Below are positions 34,473-46,074 of a stretch of DNA of 64,000 bases, one piece after another. The DNA is from Octopus vulgaris (lineage: Eukaryota): NCBI GenBank assembly GCA_951406725.2, contig OX597841.1, forward strand, positions 6,200,001 through 6,264,000, read 5' to 3'. Within the stretch, counting starts at the first letter, position 1. Each line of letters starts with the position of its first letter. Position numbers and translations under genes: made by a program. A model generated the notes under the pieces. It worked only from the letters and a program-made list of their open reading frames with translations. It was not told the DNA's origin and searched no databases.

Positions 34473-36893
34473 TCATATTCCACTGTTAAAAGGTTTCCCT
34501 CCAGAGTGAATCCTTTTGTGTTCTGTTAAGTTACTGTTATATGCAAAACATTTCCCACAGATTTCACAAGGAAAACGTTGTTCCCCTGCATGGACCCTTT
34601 TGTGTTCTGTTAAGTTACTGTTAGATGCAAAACATTTCCCACAGATTTCACAAAAAAAACGTCCTTCAACTTTATGTATCCTTTTGTGTTTTGTTAAGCC
34701 ACTCCTAGACACAAACGATGTCCCACAGAATTCACAATGGAACGGCTTCTCTCCAGTGTGATGACGTTTGTGAATTACAAGACGAGAATTCAGAGTAAAA
34801 GATTTTCCACACATTTCACAGTGGAAGCGTTTCTGTTCAGAATGCAGTCTTTTATGCCTCGTTAATTTACTGCTACAAACAAAAGATTCCCCACATATTT
34901 CACAGCCAAATGCTTTCTCTTTTGAGTGTATCCTTTTGTGTTGTGTTAAGGTAGTGCTAGACACAAATGATGTCCCACACATTTCACAGTGGAACGGCTT
35001 TTCTCCAGTGTGGCCACGTTTGTGAATTACAAGATGAGGATTCTGAGAAAAAGATTTTCCACATATTTCACAGTGGAAAGGTTTTTCCCCAGTATGGACC
35101 CTTCTATGCCTCGTTAAGTCACTGCTACAAACAAAAGATTTTCCACATATTTCACAGCCAAATGGTTTGTCTCCTGTATGGACTCGTTCGTGCTTCGTTA
35201 AGTTACTGCGAGAGACAAACAATGAGCCACATATATCACAACAATAAGGCTTTTCTCCGGTGTGAATTCGTTTATGAATGACAAGCGTAGAATTAAGAGT
35301 GAACCATTTCCCGCACATATCACAGTGAAACCTTTTTCCTCTAGAGTGAATAAATTTGTGTGTGTTTAAGTGGCTGCTCCTGACAAAAGACTTTCCACAT
35401 ATTCCACAATGGAAAGGTTTATCTCCAGTGTGAGTTCGTTTGTGAACTACAAGAGAAGAATTATTAGAGAAGGATTTACCACAGATTTCACAATGGAAAG
35501 GTCTTTCACCTGTGTGACTACGTAAGTGAAGAACAAGAGTAAAATTTGTATTATAAGATTTGCCACAAACCCTGCAGTGGAAAGGTCTTTCTCCTGTGTG
35601 GATCCGTTTGTGAACTGCAAGATGAGAGGTTTGAGTGAAACTTTTTCCACACACCTCACAATGGTGAGGCTTCTCCCCTGTATGTGTTTGTTTATGCCTG
35701 TTTAAAGCATAATTGGAGAGAAAATATTTTCCACAGATCTCACAATGAAACAGTCTTGCTCCAGTGTGGAGTCTTTTGTGAATTTTTAGTCGACATTTTG
35801 AGATAAATGATTTTGCACATATCTCACAGTTGTATGGTTTCTCCCCAGTGTGACGACGTGTGTGTAGAACAAGATCAGAATTGTTAAGAAATGATTTGAA
35901 GCATATCTCACAACTGAAGGGTTTCTCATCAGAGTGGATTCTTTTGTGAATACTAAGTACACTTTTAGATACAAATGATTTCTGACATATTTCACACTTG
36001 AATGGTTTCTCCCCAGTGTGACTACGTGTGTGTAGAACAAGATCAGAATTGGTAATACAAGATTTCCCGCATATCTCACAACTGAAGGGTTTCTCATCAG
36101 AGTGGATTCTTTTGTGAATTCTAAGTACACTTTTAGATACAAATGATTTCTGACATATTTCACACTTGAATGGTTTCTCCCCAGTGTGACTACGTGTGTG
36201 TAGAACAAGATCAGAATTGTTAATATATGATTTCCCGCAGATCTCACAACTGAAGGGTTTCTCATCAGAGTGGATCCTTTTATGTCTGTTTAAAACACTG
36301 TTACAGGCAAATGATTTTGCACATATTTCACACTTGAATGGTTTCTCCCCAGTGTGACGACGTGTGTGTACTGAAAGTTCAGAATTTCTAAGAAATGATT
36401 TCCCGCAGATCTCACAACTGAAGGGTTTCTCATCAGAGTGGATTCTTTTATGGCTGTTTAAAACACTGTTATGGACAAATGATTTCGCACATATTTCACA
36501 CTTGAATGGTTTCTCCCCAGTGTGACTACGAGTGTGTATTGCAAGATGAGAATTGCATTGAAACGATTTTCCACAGATCTCACAATGAAACAGTCTTGCT
36601 CCAGTGTGTATCCGTTTGTGTTTTGTTAAGACATCTTTAGAGACAAAATTCTTCCCACATATTTCACAATTATAGGCTTTTTCCTTATTGTGTGTTTCTT
36701 TGTGTTTAAAGACTTCTTGCTCCGAAGGGAATGTCTTCCTACAAACATCACATTTATATTCGGTGATATTTCCCTGTCTCGATCTTTCTTTAGTAAATAC
36801 TTCACCATTAACAGTTTTCTCATCCCCGTCTGTCTCTCTATCTGTATCTGTATCGTTCAAAACAATTGTGTCCAAGTGATCAACGTTCTCCAT
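34473..36893 (-). CDS. C2H2 zinc-finger protein (ZF5), 806 aa, about 27 fingers
   Basis: Intact ORF with tandem C2H2 fingers and an internal two-finger (168-nt) repeat. Confidence 0.94.
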   Translation of the reverse strand: MENVDHLDTIVLNDTDTDRETDGDEKTVNGEVFTKERSRQGNITEYKCDVCRKTFPSEQEVFKHKETHNKEKAYNCEICGKNFVSKDVLTKHKRIHTGARLFHCEICGKSFQCNSHLAIHTRSHTGEKPFKCEICAKSFVHNSVLNSHKRIHSDEKPFSCEICGKSFLRNSELSVHTRRHTGEKPFKCEICAKSFACNSVLNRHKRIHSDEKPFSCEICGKSYINNSDLVLHTRSHTGEKPFKCEICQKSFVSKSVLRIHKRIHSDEKPFSCEICGKSCITNSDLVLHTRSHTGEKPFKCEICQKSFVSKSVLSIHKRIHSDEKPFSCEICFKSFLNNSDLVLHTRRHTGEKPYNCEICAKSFISKCRLKIHKRLHTGARLFHCEICGKYFLSNYALNRHKQTHTGEKPHHCEVCGKSFTQTSHLAVHKRIHTGERPFHCRVCGKSYNTNFTLVLHLRSHTGERPFHCEICGKSFSNNSSLVVHKRTHTGDKPFHCGICGKSFVRSSHLNTHKFIHSRGKRFHCDMCGKWFTLNSTLVIHKRIHTGEKPYCCDICGSLFVSRSNLTKHERVHTGDKPFGCEICGKSFVCSSDLTRHRRVHTGEKPFHCEICGKSFSQNPHLVIHKRGHTGEKPFHCEMCGTSFVSSTTLTQHKRIHSKEKAFGCEICGESFVCSSKLTRHKRLHSEQKRFHCEMCGKSFTLNSRLVIHKRHHTGEKPFHCEFCGTSFVSRSGLTKHKRIHKVEGRFFCEICGKCFASNSNLTEHKRVHAGEQRFPCEICGKCFAYNSNLTEHKRIHSGGKPFNSGI

Positions 36894-37807
36894 ATTATTT
36901 CTTGAGCAATTCTTAAAAAGCTGACAAACGTCTGTGAGTCAATCTCCAATGGTTCAATTTCTTGTCTTAGATATCACAGTCCTCCGTTTACAAGCGTGGA
37001 ACAGATGCAACGTAGATGTATTTCCTACTCACCAGTAGAAAGTCCAAATTAAAAGCCATTTCCTCCTTTCCTGTAAAATAGGGAAAAACCAATTAACGAT
37101 TTAAAGCTTTGATCAAATGAAATAATTAACACCGATCATCACACTTGCTCGTCGCCCTGCCTTATCCACAAACAGTAACGTTCACCTTAACATAAGATAA
37201 TTACTACATACGATTATAATTAGATTTACCTGAAATAATTAGAAACACAAACACAGTAGACGGTGTCGATGATCATTTTTCCCGTTTGTATAACGGCGGT
37301 GACAAACATGAAAATCCCCACTCAAAAATAAACATTTGGTTAGAATATAGTTTTCAACAGTCTATAACTGCGCATCGGATACAGTATTAATGTATACGAA
37401 GGGTGCCCCTGGCTTTAAGGGTGTTGCGAAAGGCTTGGCTGCAGGCCCAACCTTCCGGGTTGTTTAACAGGGCTTCGAAAAACTGAAGGATGAATGTGAG
37501 AAGGGGATCATGTTGAATAAAATCCTAAATGACTGATCCACCTGTATTCTCTTTTCTTAGAGTCAGGAACTTTTCATCATCTACCCTACATTACGCTGTG
37601 TATCTTTTGAAGTTGTCTAATTCTTTTTTCAGTTTATAATTTTCAGAGGAAGGTAAAATTACCCACCCCCGGTGGTTAGGGTTACGCCAAAAACGGGTGG
37701 CGTGCGTATTGTTTTTTTCACCTCCGCCTATGTTTCATACTTTCAAAACATTCAAAACCGGCTGGAATCGCTTGTTTATTTTTCGCCTTTGTTTCATAAA
37801 TAGTTTT

Positions 37808-38376
37808 TGTGGTGTTATGAGCCAGGCTGTGTTGTAGGGAAGGACCGGAAGTGAGGCCTGTGGGTCCCACCGATCGTTCCCTACAACAGAGCTTAGCCCT
37901 TTGTGGGTAATAAAGAAATACCTTTTTCTTTACTGCCTATAAGGGGCTAAACACAGAGGGGACAAACAAGGACAGACAAACGGATTAAGTCGATTATATC
38001 GACCCCAGTGCGTAACTGATACTTATTATTTAATCGACCTCGAAAGGATGAAAGGCAAAGTCGACCTCGGCAGAATTTAAGCCCAGAACGTAACGCCAGG
38101 CGAAATACCTATTTCTTTATTACCCACAAGGGGCTAAACACAGAGGGGACAAACAAGGACAGACATAGGTATTAAGTCGATTACATCGACCCCAGTGCGT
38201 AACTGGTACTTATTTAATCGACCCCGAAAGGATGAAAGGCAAAGTCGACCTCGGCGGAATTTAAACTCAGAACGTAACGGCAGACGAAATACCTCTAAGC
38301 ATTTCGACCGGCGTGCTAACGTTTCTGCCACCTCGCCGCCACCTCCCTACAACATAGCCTGGCTCATAACACCACA
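37808..38376 (-). mobile_element. Short 3' LTR of the Gypsy remnant, interrupted by a family B SINE (37895-38341)
   Basis: TG...CA termini with ~33-bp inverted ends (tgtggtgttatgagccaggct); a G-run polypurine tract lies immediately 5' on the minus strand (38377-38390). Confidence 0.65.
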
Positions 38377-40875
38377 TGCCCCCCCCCCCACTGATCTGAA
38401 GATCATTCAACCAGCCTGGCCACGCCCTCTTCTCAACTCCGACCTCATGGCTTAACTTGTCTCGTAATCAGCCAACCAGTGAAGAGGGCACCACTCCCTT
38501 TGTGACCGCCGTGGGACTTCAGGACTGGCCTCAGTTCCTGGCATGTTTCTGCCAGCTTCATCCTCTTGTCCGTTACTGCCGGCCCCATCCCCCGTCACAG
38601 TGATGACCCTGCTGTGGTAAGTAGCATGCTTACCAACCACATGGTTCCGGGTTCAGTCCCACTGCGTGGCATCTTGGGCAAGTGTCTTCTACTATAGCCT
38701 CGTGCCGATCAAAGCCTTGTGAGTGGATTTGGTAGACGGAAACTGAAAGAAGCCTGTCGTATATATGTATATATATATGTATGTGTGTGTGTTTGTGTGT
38801 CTGTGTTTGTCCCCCTAGCATTGCTTGACAACTGATGCTGGTGTGTTTACGTCCCCGTTACTTAGCGGTTCGGCAAAAGAGACTGATAGAATAAGTACTG
38901 GGCTTACAAAAAGAATAAGTCCCGGGGTCGAGTTGCTCGACTAAAAGGCGGTGCTCCAGCATGGCCGCAGTGAAATAACTGAAACAAGTAAAAGAGTAAA
39001 AGAGAGAGAAAGAGAATCCAAAATATGCCGTGGCATGCCATCTACGGATACATTGTTCTTCAAATTTACAGAGGTTATTGTCCCCTTTTCCCACTGTGAT
39101 GTGCACAGTGCATTTGGGGGCCGAACCCAGACTCCTTCCCCGACCTGCACAAAGCCATGCTCTTTCTCTTCTGCGGGATGTGGCAATGCGGTACATCGAT
39201 GTCTCCACTTGTACTTGAATATTGCTCTGTGTGACACTGACTCCTCAGCCTGTCCCATCCTGGGCGACATATTATACCAAAAAACGGCCTCTACAGGTGA
39301 GATGTGGACCCTCACCACTAGGGCCTTGATGGTACGTTGATGTCTCTCCACAACCCCATTGCCACTTGGCCTGTATGCTGCTCAGAAGAAACGACTGGCA
39401 TGCCACTTGTCGAGCATTTCCCCCAGCACCTCCGAGCGAAACACAGTGCCATTGCCTACAAGCACCTCATTATGTGTGATTTCCTCTGCGGTCCCCGTCT
39501 CCATCTCCTTCCATATGGCCAACCATCCCGGTCCACAGTCGACCATTGAAAGGTATACCGGTGAGCTGGCAGAATCGTTAGCACGCCGGGCAAAATGCTT
39601 AACAGTATTTTGTCCGCCGCTACGTTCTGAGTTCAAATTCCGCCGAGGTCGACTTTGCCTTTCATCCTTTCGGGGTCGATAAATTAAGTACCAGTTACGC
39701 ACTGGAGTCGGTATAATCGACTTAATCCGTTTGTCTATCCTTGTTTGTCCCCTCTGTGTTTATCCCCCTGTAGGTAGTAAAGAAATAGGTATACCCCCTG
39801 CCAGTAGTGAATCACGTCCACTGCCAGTCATTTCCAGTTGTCCACTGGAATGCTTCTTGCACACCCGGAGTGGGGTCAATGGACTGGCACCTGTCACAGC
39901 TCCCAACGACTTTTTGCACACCCTGCCTGGTCACGTTAGAGTCAACTTTCCTGGCTAGGAACAGGGTCCTGTCCACCCCCATATGTTGCATGGTATGCAA
40001 TCTCCTCAGCTCCAGATCACTCAGTCGACACACTGCAGCCACTCCTAGCTCCAGACCCTCAAGCACCAGCAACCAGGTTTTCTTTACTCTGGTCAGGACG
40101 TCCACTCTATTCCTCTCTGAGGGCACAAAAACCACAATCAGCCTCAGGTCAAACTCGGCAGCTAGCTCGCCCAGAATTCCCAGACAGCGTTTTATCAGCA
40201 TCTCTGCATCTTCAAAGCCACAGTCGAACCAATTCTACTCTATGGTTCAGAAACCTGGACGTTATCAAAGAAGCTTGAGAGGCGGTTGGATGGAACCTAC
40301 ACTCGCCTCCTTACGAGAGCTCAAAATCTCTTGTGGAAGCGTCATCCAACCAAAATGTAAATATATGGGAAACTACCACCTGTGTCATCTCTTGTGAAAG
40401 GTAGGAGAGTCCAGTTTGCTGGACATTGTTGTAGAGCTGAAAACGAGGTAATTTCTACTCTTCTCCTCTGGAAGCCATCTACTCGCAACACCAGAGGGCG
40501 CAAACTCTCCTACCCTGATGTAATCTCCAGGGATACAGGCATCCAGCAACAGGACCTCCGTAATGCCATGATGGACCATGAAGTCTGGCGTAGCATAGTA
40601 AATTCCATTGTCTCGGCCACGGTCGAACAATGATGATGATAATGCATCACGTTTGGTTCACACCCTCCACCCGCCTGTGATCACTGATCCCCACCACCTA
40701 AGTGCAGTGGCCGAATCGGCTCTTCACACATAGGCATCATATAATCTGTCTTTCACTTTGGCAGAGTGGCTCTTTCTTACCAGCAAATGCAGGAACTCTC
40801 TGAACGTTGCTCAGCCTATTCTAGCAGCCAAGCTGTTGGAGCATCCACCTCTGCTACTCACTTGGTCACCGAGAT
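38377..40875 (-). mobile_element. Gypsy-like LTR retrotransposon pol remnant (RNase H end and integrase), with nested SINEs and a LINE piece
   Basis: VFVPSERNRVDVLTR, then an integrase H2C2 motif (HTMQHMGVDRT..CDRC), ERHQRTIK..WYN and VQVGEGVWVRPP. Inserts at 38610-39002, 39558-39792 and 40205-40640. Confidence 0.8.
40205..40640 (+). mobile_element. RTE-like LINE 3' fragment (second family)
   Basis: Encodes FKATVEPILLYGSETWTL..RRVQFAGHC..RGRKLSY; (TGA)n tail; possible TGCATC target duplication. Confidence 0.7.
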
Positions 40876-41054
40876 CAGTGCTTTTCAAACTTTTTGCTGG
40901 AGCGGAACCCCAGGCAAACATTCCACTGGCTCGAGGAACCCCTGTGCAATAATTTAATAGTCTTATGCACACATATCTGCACAGGAGACTTAAAAATTAC
41001 TGTCGATTTTAGCAGTTTTGTAACTTCTTGCGGAACCCTGGTTGAAAACCACTG
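40876..41054. mobile_element. hAT-like MITE
   Basis: CAGTGCTTTTCAA...TTGAAAACCACTG ends; flanking 8-mers ACCGAGAT and ACCCAGAT match at 7 of 8. Confidence 0.7.
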
Positions 41055-41139
41055 ACCCAGATATTTGAAGCTTCTAGTTTTCCTCCCTGGCATTTGATGG
41101 AGTCTATTTTCTGCACATGCTGAGTGTTCATTGTATCTC

Positions 41140-41475
41140 TCTTTTACTCTTTTACTTGTTTCAGTCATTTGACTGCGGCCATGCTGGAGCACCACCTTTA
41201 GTTGAGCAACCCGACCCCGGGACTTATTCTTTTTTGTAAGCCCAGTACTTATTCTATCGGTCTCTTTTTGCCGAACCGCTAACAAACATACATATATATA
41301 TATATATATATACGACAGGCTTCTTTCAGTTTCCGTCAACCAAATCCATTCACAAGGCATTGGTCGGCCCGGGGCTATAGCAGAAGACACTTGCCCAAGG
41401 TGGCATGCAGTGGGACTGAACCGAGAACCATCTGGTTGGTTAGTAAGCTACTTACCACACAGCCACTCTGCGCCT
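41140..41475 (-). mobile_element. Family A SINE
   Basis: Reverse complement of the family A head and tail. Confidence 0.8.
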
Positions 41476-41484
41476 TCCATACAC

Positions 41485-41875
41485 AAAAACTATTTTCCCT
41501 GCAAACTTTCCTCTGATATTGCTGCACCAGTTATGTGCCCATAGCTTACACCGGGTACATCTTATGGAGTTTCTACCCACACCTTTTCTACAGATCAAGC
41601 ATGGTCATCTACCTGAGGGTGATTTGTGATTTGTCTCCTCTCCTACTTACTAAGACTTTGGTTTTAGCATTTTGATTCCATATCAGAAGTTTCTTCTCTA
41701 GTTCTGGTAGTGATTGTATCCTAAGAAGAAAGTCATCAGCATAGAGGAGCTCCCAGGTGCAGCCCATCTTAATTTCCTCTGTTCTTGCCCGGAGGACTAT
41801 GATGAACAAGAGGGGACTGAGGACTGATCCTTGGTGAACCCCTACTTGTACCCTGAATTCATCACTATACTCACA
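41485..41875 (-). mobile_element. Decayed RTE reverse-transcriptase fragment
   Basis: GCTWELLYADD motif; homologous to 53790-54240. Confidence 0.75.
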
Positions 41876-41930
41876 GCATCCTTCTAAAAGGCTTATAGAG
41901 CTCTTACCAGCAAGTCATATATATATATAT

Positions 41931-42230
41931 GGAGGCGCAATGGCCCAGTGGTTAGGGCAGCGGACTCGCGGTTTCAATTCCCAGACCGGGCATTGTGAGT
42001 GTTTATTGAGTGAAAACACCTAAAAAGCTCCACGAGGCTCCGGCAGGGGGTGGTGGTGATCCCTGCTGTACTCTTTCACCACTCTTTCTCCCACTCTTTC
42101 TTCTGTTGGCCTGCTCGCTTAGCCAGCGGGGTGGCGTCAGTTGAAGGCTAAAACAATGTGAAGCGCATTGTGACCAGTGATGTGTAGCAACATCTGATAG
42201 CCTGGTCGATCACAAAAAGATCACGGTGAT
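41931..42230 (+). mobile_element. tRNA-derived SINE (family C)
   Basis: Head GGAGGCGCAATGGCCCAGTGGTTAGGGCAGCGGACTCGCGG; relatives at 49345-49718 (-) and 60947-61241 (+). Confidence 0.7.
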
Positions 42231-42754
42231 ATATATATATTCGTGTGCCTTTGATTGTCCTCACCACCACACCATCATTTAACAGACTAATAGAATAAAT
42301 AGGAGGCTCACACAGAATAAGTCCTGGGGTCAATTACTTCAACTAGGGTAAAAGAAACCCTTTAAGGTGGTGCTCCAGCATGGCCACACTCAAATGACTG
42401 CAACAAAGAATAAAAGATCAGGGAGTAGAAATGAAGATTGGAAAGCAGAAACCTGCAGCCTCGATTGGAAGGGGAACAATACAGCCCCTGATTATAAGGG
42501 AGTTGGCAGTGCAAACGTGGTTTTATGTTGTTTAATAAAAGAAATGTTTTCACTCAAGAATCAAAATGGAAAGAATCACATCAACTGACCAGAAAATATA
42601 ATGCAACAAATTATTAAAATGAAAGGATTTTAATTTCAAAATTCAGAACATTTTTAACAAAATATTTTAAATTGACCAAAAAATATTTCCTCACAAATTT
42701 CAATGATAAAGTTTTGCCTAAATTTCTCAGTGATTTCTGTTTTTGCTGCATCTA

Positions 42755-43177
42755 AACTTCGGACACTGGTAGAATGTGTCATATAAAACATCTTTTACTC
42801 TTATCATTTTTGAGAAAAGCTTATATTTAGGAAGTTATTTCATGTTAAAGTTGTCCTATTTCGGCAATTTCAACCAATCAATGACGTGTTTTCAGCTGAA
42901 TAAAATTACTGCTATTGTTTGTCAACAACTTTTGGTGGTGTATTTTTTGTTTGTCACTGTTATTTATGACATCATTTCTGTGTTTGTACTGGTTTTAAGG
43001 TTGGGGTTTTAGGGTTAGGGTTTTAGTGTTAGGGGGTTAGGGTTTTAGGGTTAGGGCTGTCATAAATAACTGACAAACGAAGCATACACTGCTGGAAGTT
43101 CTTCTTGACAAACAACAGCAGTAATTTTATTCTGCTGAATAAACGTCATTGATTGGTTGAAATTAGGGTTAGGGTTA
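42755..43177. mobile_element. Foldback MITE remnant with central (TTAGGG)-like repeats
   Basis: Inverted arms (caaccaatcaatgacg..aataaaattactgct) around a ggttagggttttaggg tract. Confidence 0.6.
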
Positions 43178-43319
43178 TCATCCCAAGTTAGAATGTTCTC
43201 CACAGAAAAGGATTTATCTTATTCTAGAATTAAAAGATTTCCTTCCTTTGCGAATCCTTTTGTGTTCTGTTAAATTACTGCTAGATGCAAAAAATCTTCC
43301 ATATTTCGCAATGAAAGAG

Positions 43320-45047
43320 TCATTCCCCTGTGTGGATCCGTTTGTGACTTGTTAAGCCACTCTTAGACACAAACGATGTCCCACAAATTTCACAGTGGAA
43401 TGGCTTCTCTCCAGTGTGACGACGTTTGTGAATTACAAGACCAGAATTTTGAGAAAAAGATTTCCCACAGACTTCACATTGGAAAGGTTTTTCCCCAGTA
43501 TGGACCCTTCTATGCCTTGTTAAGTCAGTGCTGTAGGCAAAAGATTTCCCACAGATTTCACAGCCAAATGGTTTCTCCCCTGTATGTTTCCGTTTGTGTT
43601 TCGTTAAGGCACTGTTCGACAAAAAAGATGTCCCACATACTTCACAGTGGAAAAGCTTTTCTCCCGTGTGGATATGTTTGTGAATTATAAGACCGGAATT
43701 CTGAGAAAAAGATTTTCCGCATATTTCACATTGGAAAGGTTTCTCCCCCGTGTGCATTCGTTTATGCCTAATTAAGTCACTGCTACAAACGAAGGATTTC
43801 CCGCACATTTGACAGTCAAGTGTCTTCTCCCGTCTGTGTATTCTTTTGTGTTTAATTAAGTTACTATTATAGGCAAACAAAGCCCCACATATTTCACAAC
43901 GATACGGTTTTTCTCCAGTGTGGCTTCGTTTATGCATGACAACTTTAGAATAGTTTGAGAAAGATTTCCCACAGATTTGGCAGTGAAATGCTTTCTCTTC
44001 TGTGTGTATTGCTTTGTGTTCTGTTAAGTGACTGTTCGTCACAAAAAATGACCCACATATATTACAACGATATGGTTTCTCTCCTGCGTGACTTCGTTTA
44101 TGTATGACAAGCGTAGAATTTTGAGTGAAGCATTTCCCGCAGATTTCACAGAGATGCAGTTTTCGCCCAGAGTGCTTTAATTTGTGTGTGCTTAAGAGGC
44201 TGTTACTAACAAAAGACTTTCCACAAATTCCACAATGGAAAGGTTTATCTCCAGTGTGAGTTCGTCTGTGAACTACAATATAAGAATTATCAGAGAAGGA
44301 TTTACCACAGATTTCACAATGGAAAGGTCTTTCACCTGTGTGACTACGTAAGTGAAGAACAAGATTAGAATTTTTAGTGTAAGATTTGCCACAAACCATG
44401 CAGTGGAAAGGTCTTTCTCCTGTATGGCTGCGCTTGTGAACTGCAAGACTAGAAGTTTGAGTGAAACTTTTTCCACACACCTCGCAATGGTGCGGCTTCT
44501 CTCCCGTGTGTGTTCGTTTATGTATGTTTAAATCACTATTACAAAGAAAATATTTTCCACAGATCTCACAATGACAGCTGTTTTCTCCAGAGTGGATTCT
44601 TTCGTGAATTTTTAGCCTACTTTTTGAGACAAATGATTTCGCACATATTTCACACTTGAATGGTTTCTCCCCAGTGTGACTACGAGTGTGTAGAACAAGA
44701 TCAGAATTGTTAATGAATGATTTTCCACAGATCTCACAATGAAACAGTCTTGCTCCAGTGTGTATCCGTTTGTGTTTCGTTAAGACATCTTCAGAGACAA
44801 AATTCTTCCCACATATTTCACAATTATAGGCTTTTTCCTTATTGTGTGTTTCTTTGTGTTTAAAGACTTCTTGCTCCGAAGAGAATGTCTTCCTACAAAC
44901 ATCACATTTATATTCGGTGATATTTCCCTGTCTCGATCTTTCTTTAGTAAATACTTCACCATTAACAGTTTTCTCATCCCCGTCTGTCTCTCTATCTGTA
45001 TCTGTATCGTTCAAAACAATTATGTCCAAGTGATCAACGTTCTCCAT
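43320..45047 (-). CDS. C2H2 zinc-finger protein (ZF6), 575 aa, about 19 fingers
   Basis: Intact ORF ending at HTGE*; a decayed extra finger and the family-type C-terminus lie beyond the stop (to ~43215). Confidence 0.92.
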   Translation of the reverse strand: MENVDHLDIIVLNDTDTDRETDGDEKTVNGEVFTKERSRQGNITEYKCDVCRKTFSSEQEVFKHKETHNKEKAYNCEICGKNFVSEDVLTKHKRIHTGARLFHCEICGKSFINNSDLVLHTRSHTGEKPFKCEICAKSFVSKSRLKIHERIHSGENSCHCEICGKYFLCNSDLNIHKRTHTGEKPHHCEVCGKSFTQTSSLAVHKRSHTGERPFHCMVCGKSYTKNSNLVLHLRSHTGERPFHCEICGKSFSDNSYIVVHRRTHTGDKPFHCGICGKSFVSNSLLSTHKLKHSGRKLHLCEICGKCFTQNSTLVIHKRSHAGEKPYRCNICGSFFVTNSHLTEHKAIHTEEKAFHCQICGKSFSNYSKVVMHKRSHTGEKPYRCEICGALFAYNSNLIKHKRIHRREKTLDCQMCGKSFVCSSDLIRHKRMHTGEKPFQCEICGKSFSQNSGLIIHKHIHTGEKLFHCEVCGTSFLSNSALTKHKRKHTGEKPFGCEICGKSFAYSTDLTRHRRVHTGEKPFQCEVCGKSFSQNSGLVIHKRRHTGEKPFHCEICGTSFVSKSGLTSHKRIHTGE

Positions 45048-46074
45048 ATTATTTCTTGAGCAATTCTTAAAAAGCTGACAAACGTCTGTGAGTTAATTTA
45101 TTGTGGTTTAATTTCTTGTCTTAGATATCACAGTCCTCCGTTTACAAGCGTGGAACAGATGCAACGTAGATGTATATCCTACTTACTGGTAGAAAGTCCA
45201 AATTAAAAGCCATTTCCTCCTTTCCTGTAAAATAGGGAAAAACCAATTAACGATGTAAAGCTTTGATCAAATGAAATAATTAACACCGATCATCACACTT
45301 GCTCGTCGCCCTGCCTTATCCACAAACGGTAACGTTCACCTTAACATAAGATAATTACTACGTATGATTTAATTAATTTTACCTGAAATAATTAGAAACA
45401 CAAACACGGTAGACGGTGTCGATGATAATTTTTCCCACGTTAGAATGACACCGGTGACAAACATGAAAATCCCCACTCAAAAATAAAAATTAGGTTAAAA
45501 TATAGTGTTCAACTATTAATAAATGCGTCTTGGATATAGTATTAATGTATACGAGGGGTTCTCCTAGCTTTAAGGGTGTTGTGAAAGGCCTGTTCCCAGG
45601 CCAAGCCTTCCGAGTTCTTGTAGAGGGCTTCGAAAAACTGAAGGATGGTCGCAGTGAATGAATGTGAGAAGGGGACATGTTGAATAAAATCCTAAATAAC
45701 CGATCCACTTCTAATTTCTTTTCCCAAAGCCAGAAACTTTTCATCGCCCGCTCAACATTACGCTACGTATCTTTGTGCGTGTGTGTGTGTGTGTGTGTGA
45801 GTAACACTCTAGCTTTTAACATTGTTTGATTTTTTTCCAGTTTACAAGTTTTAGTCGAAGATAAAGAACACGCTCACGTGGTGGTCAGAGTTCGGTTTAG
45901 AGTTTAAGATTAGGATTTCGCCGAAAACGGGTGTGTGCGTATTTTTTTTTTACCTTTTAAATCATTCAATGCGAACTGGAATCGCGTGTTTATTTTTTGC
46001 ATTTGTCTCATAAATGACGCAGCACGGAATTTTGTCAGTGAACAGGTCGCGGTCTCAAAGCGACAAAAATACGC

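Noticed and set aside
43000-43040. True telomere or chromosome fusion site
   Set aside because: Only a few degenerate units, located in the centre of a foldback element.
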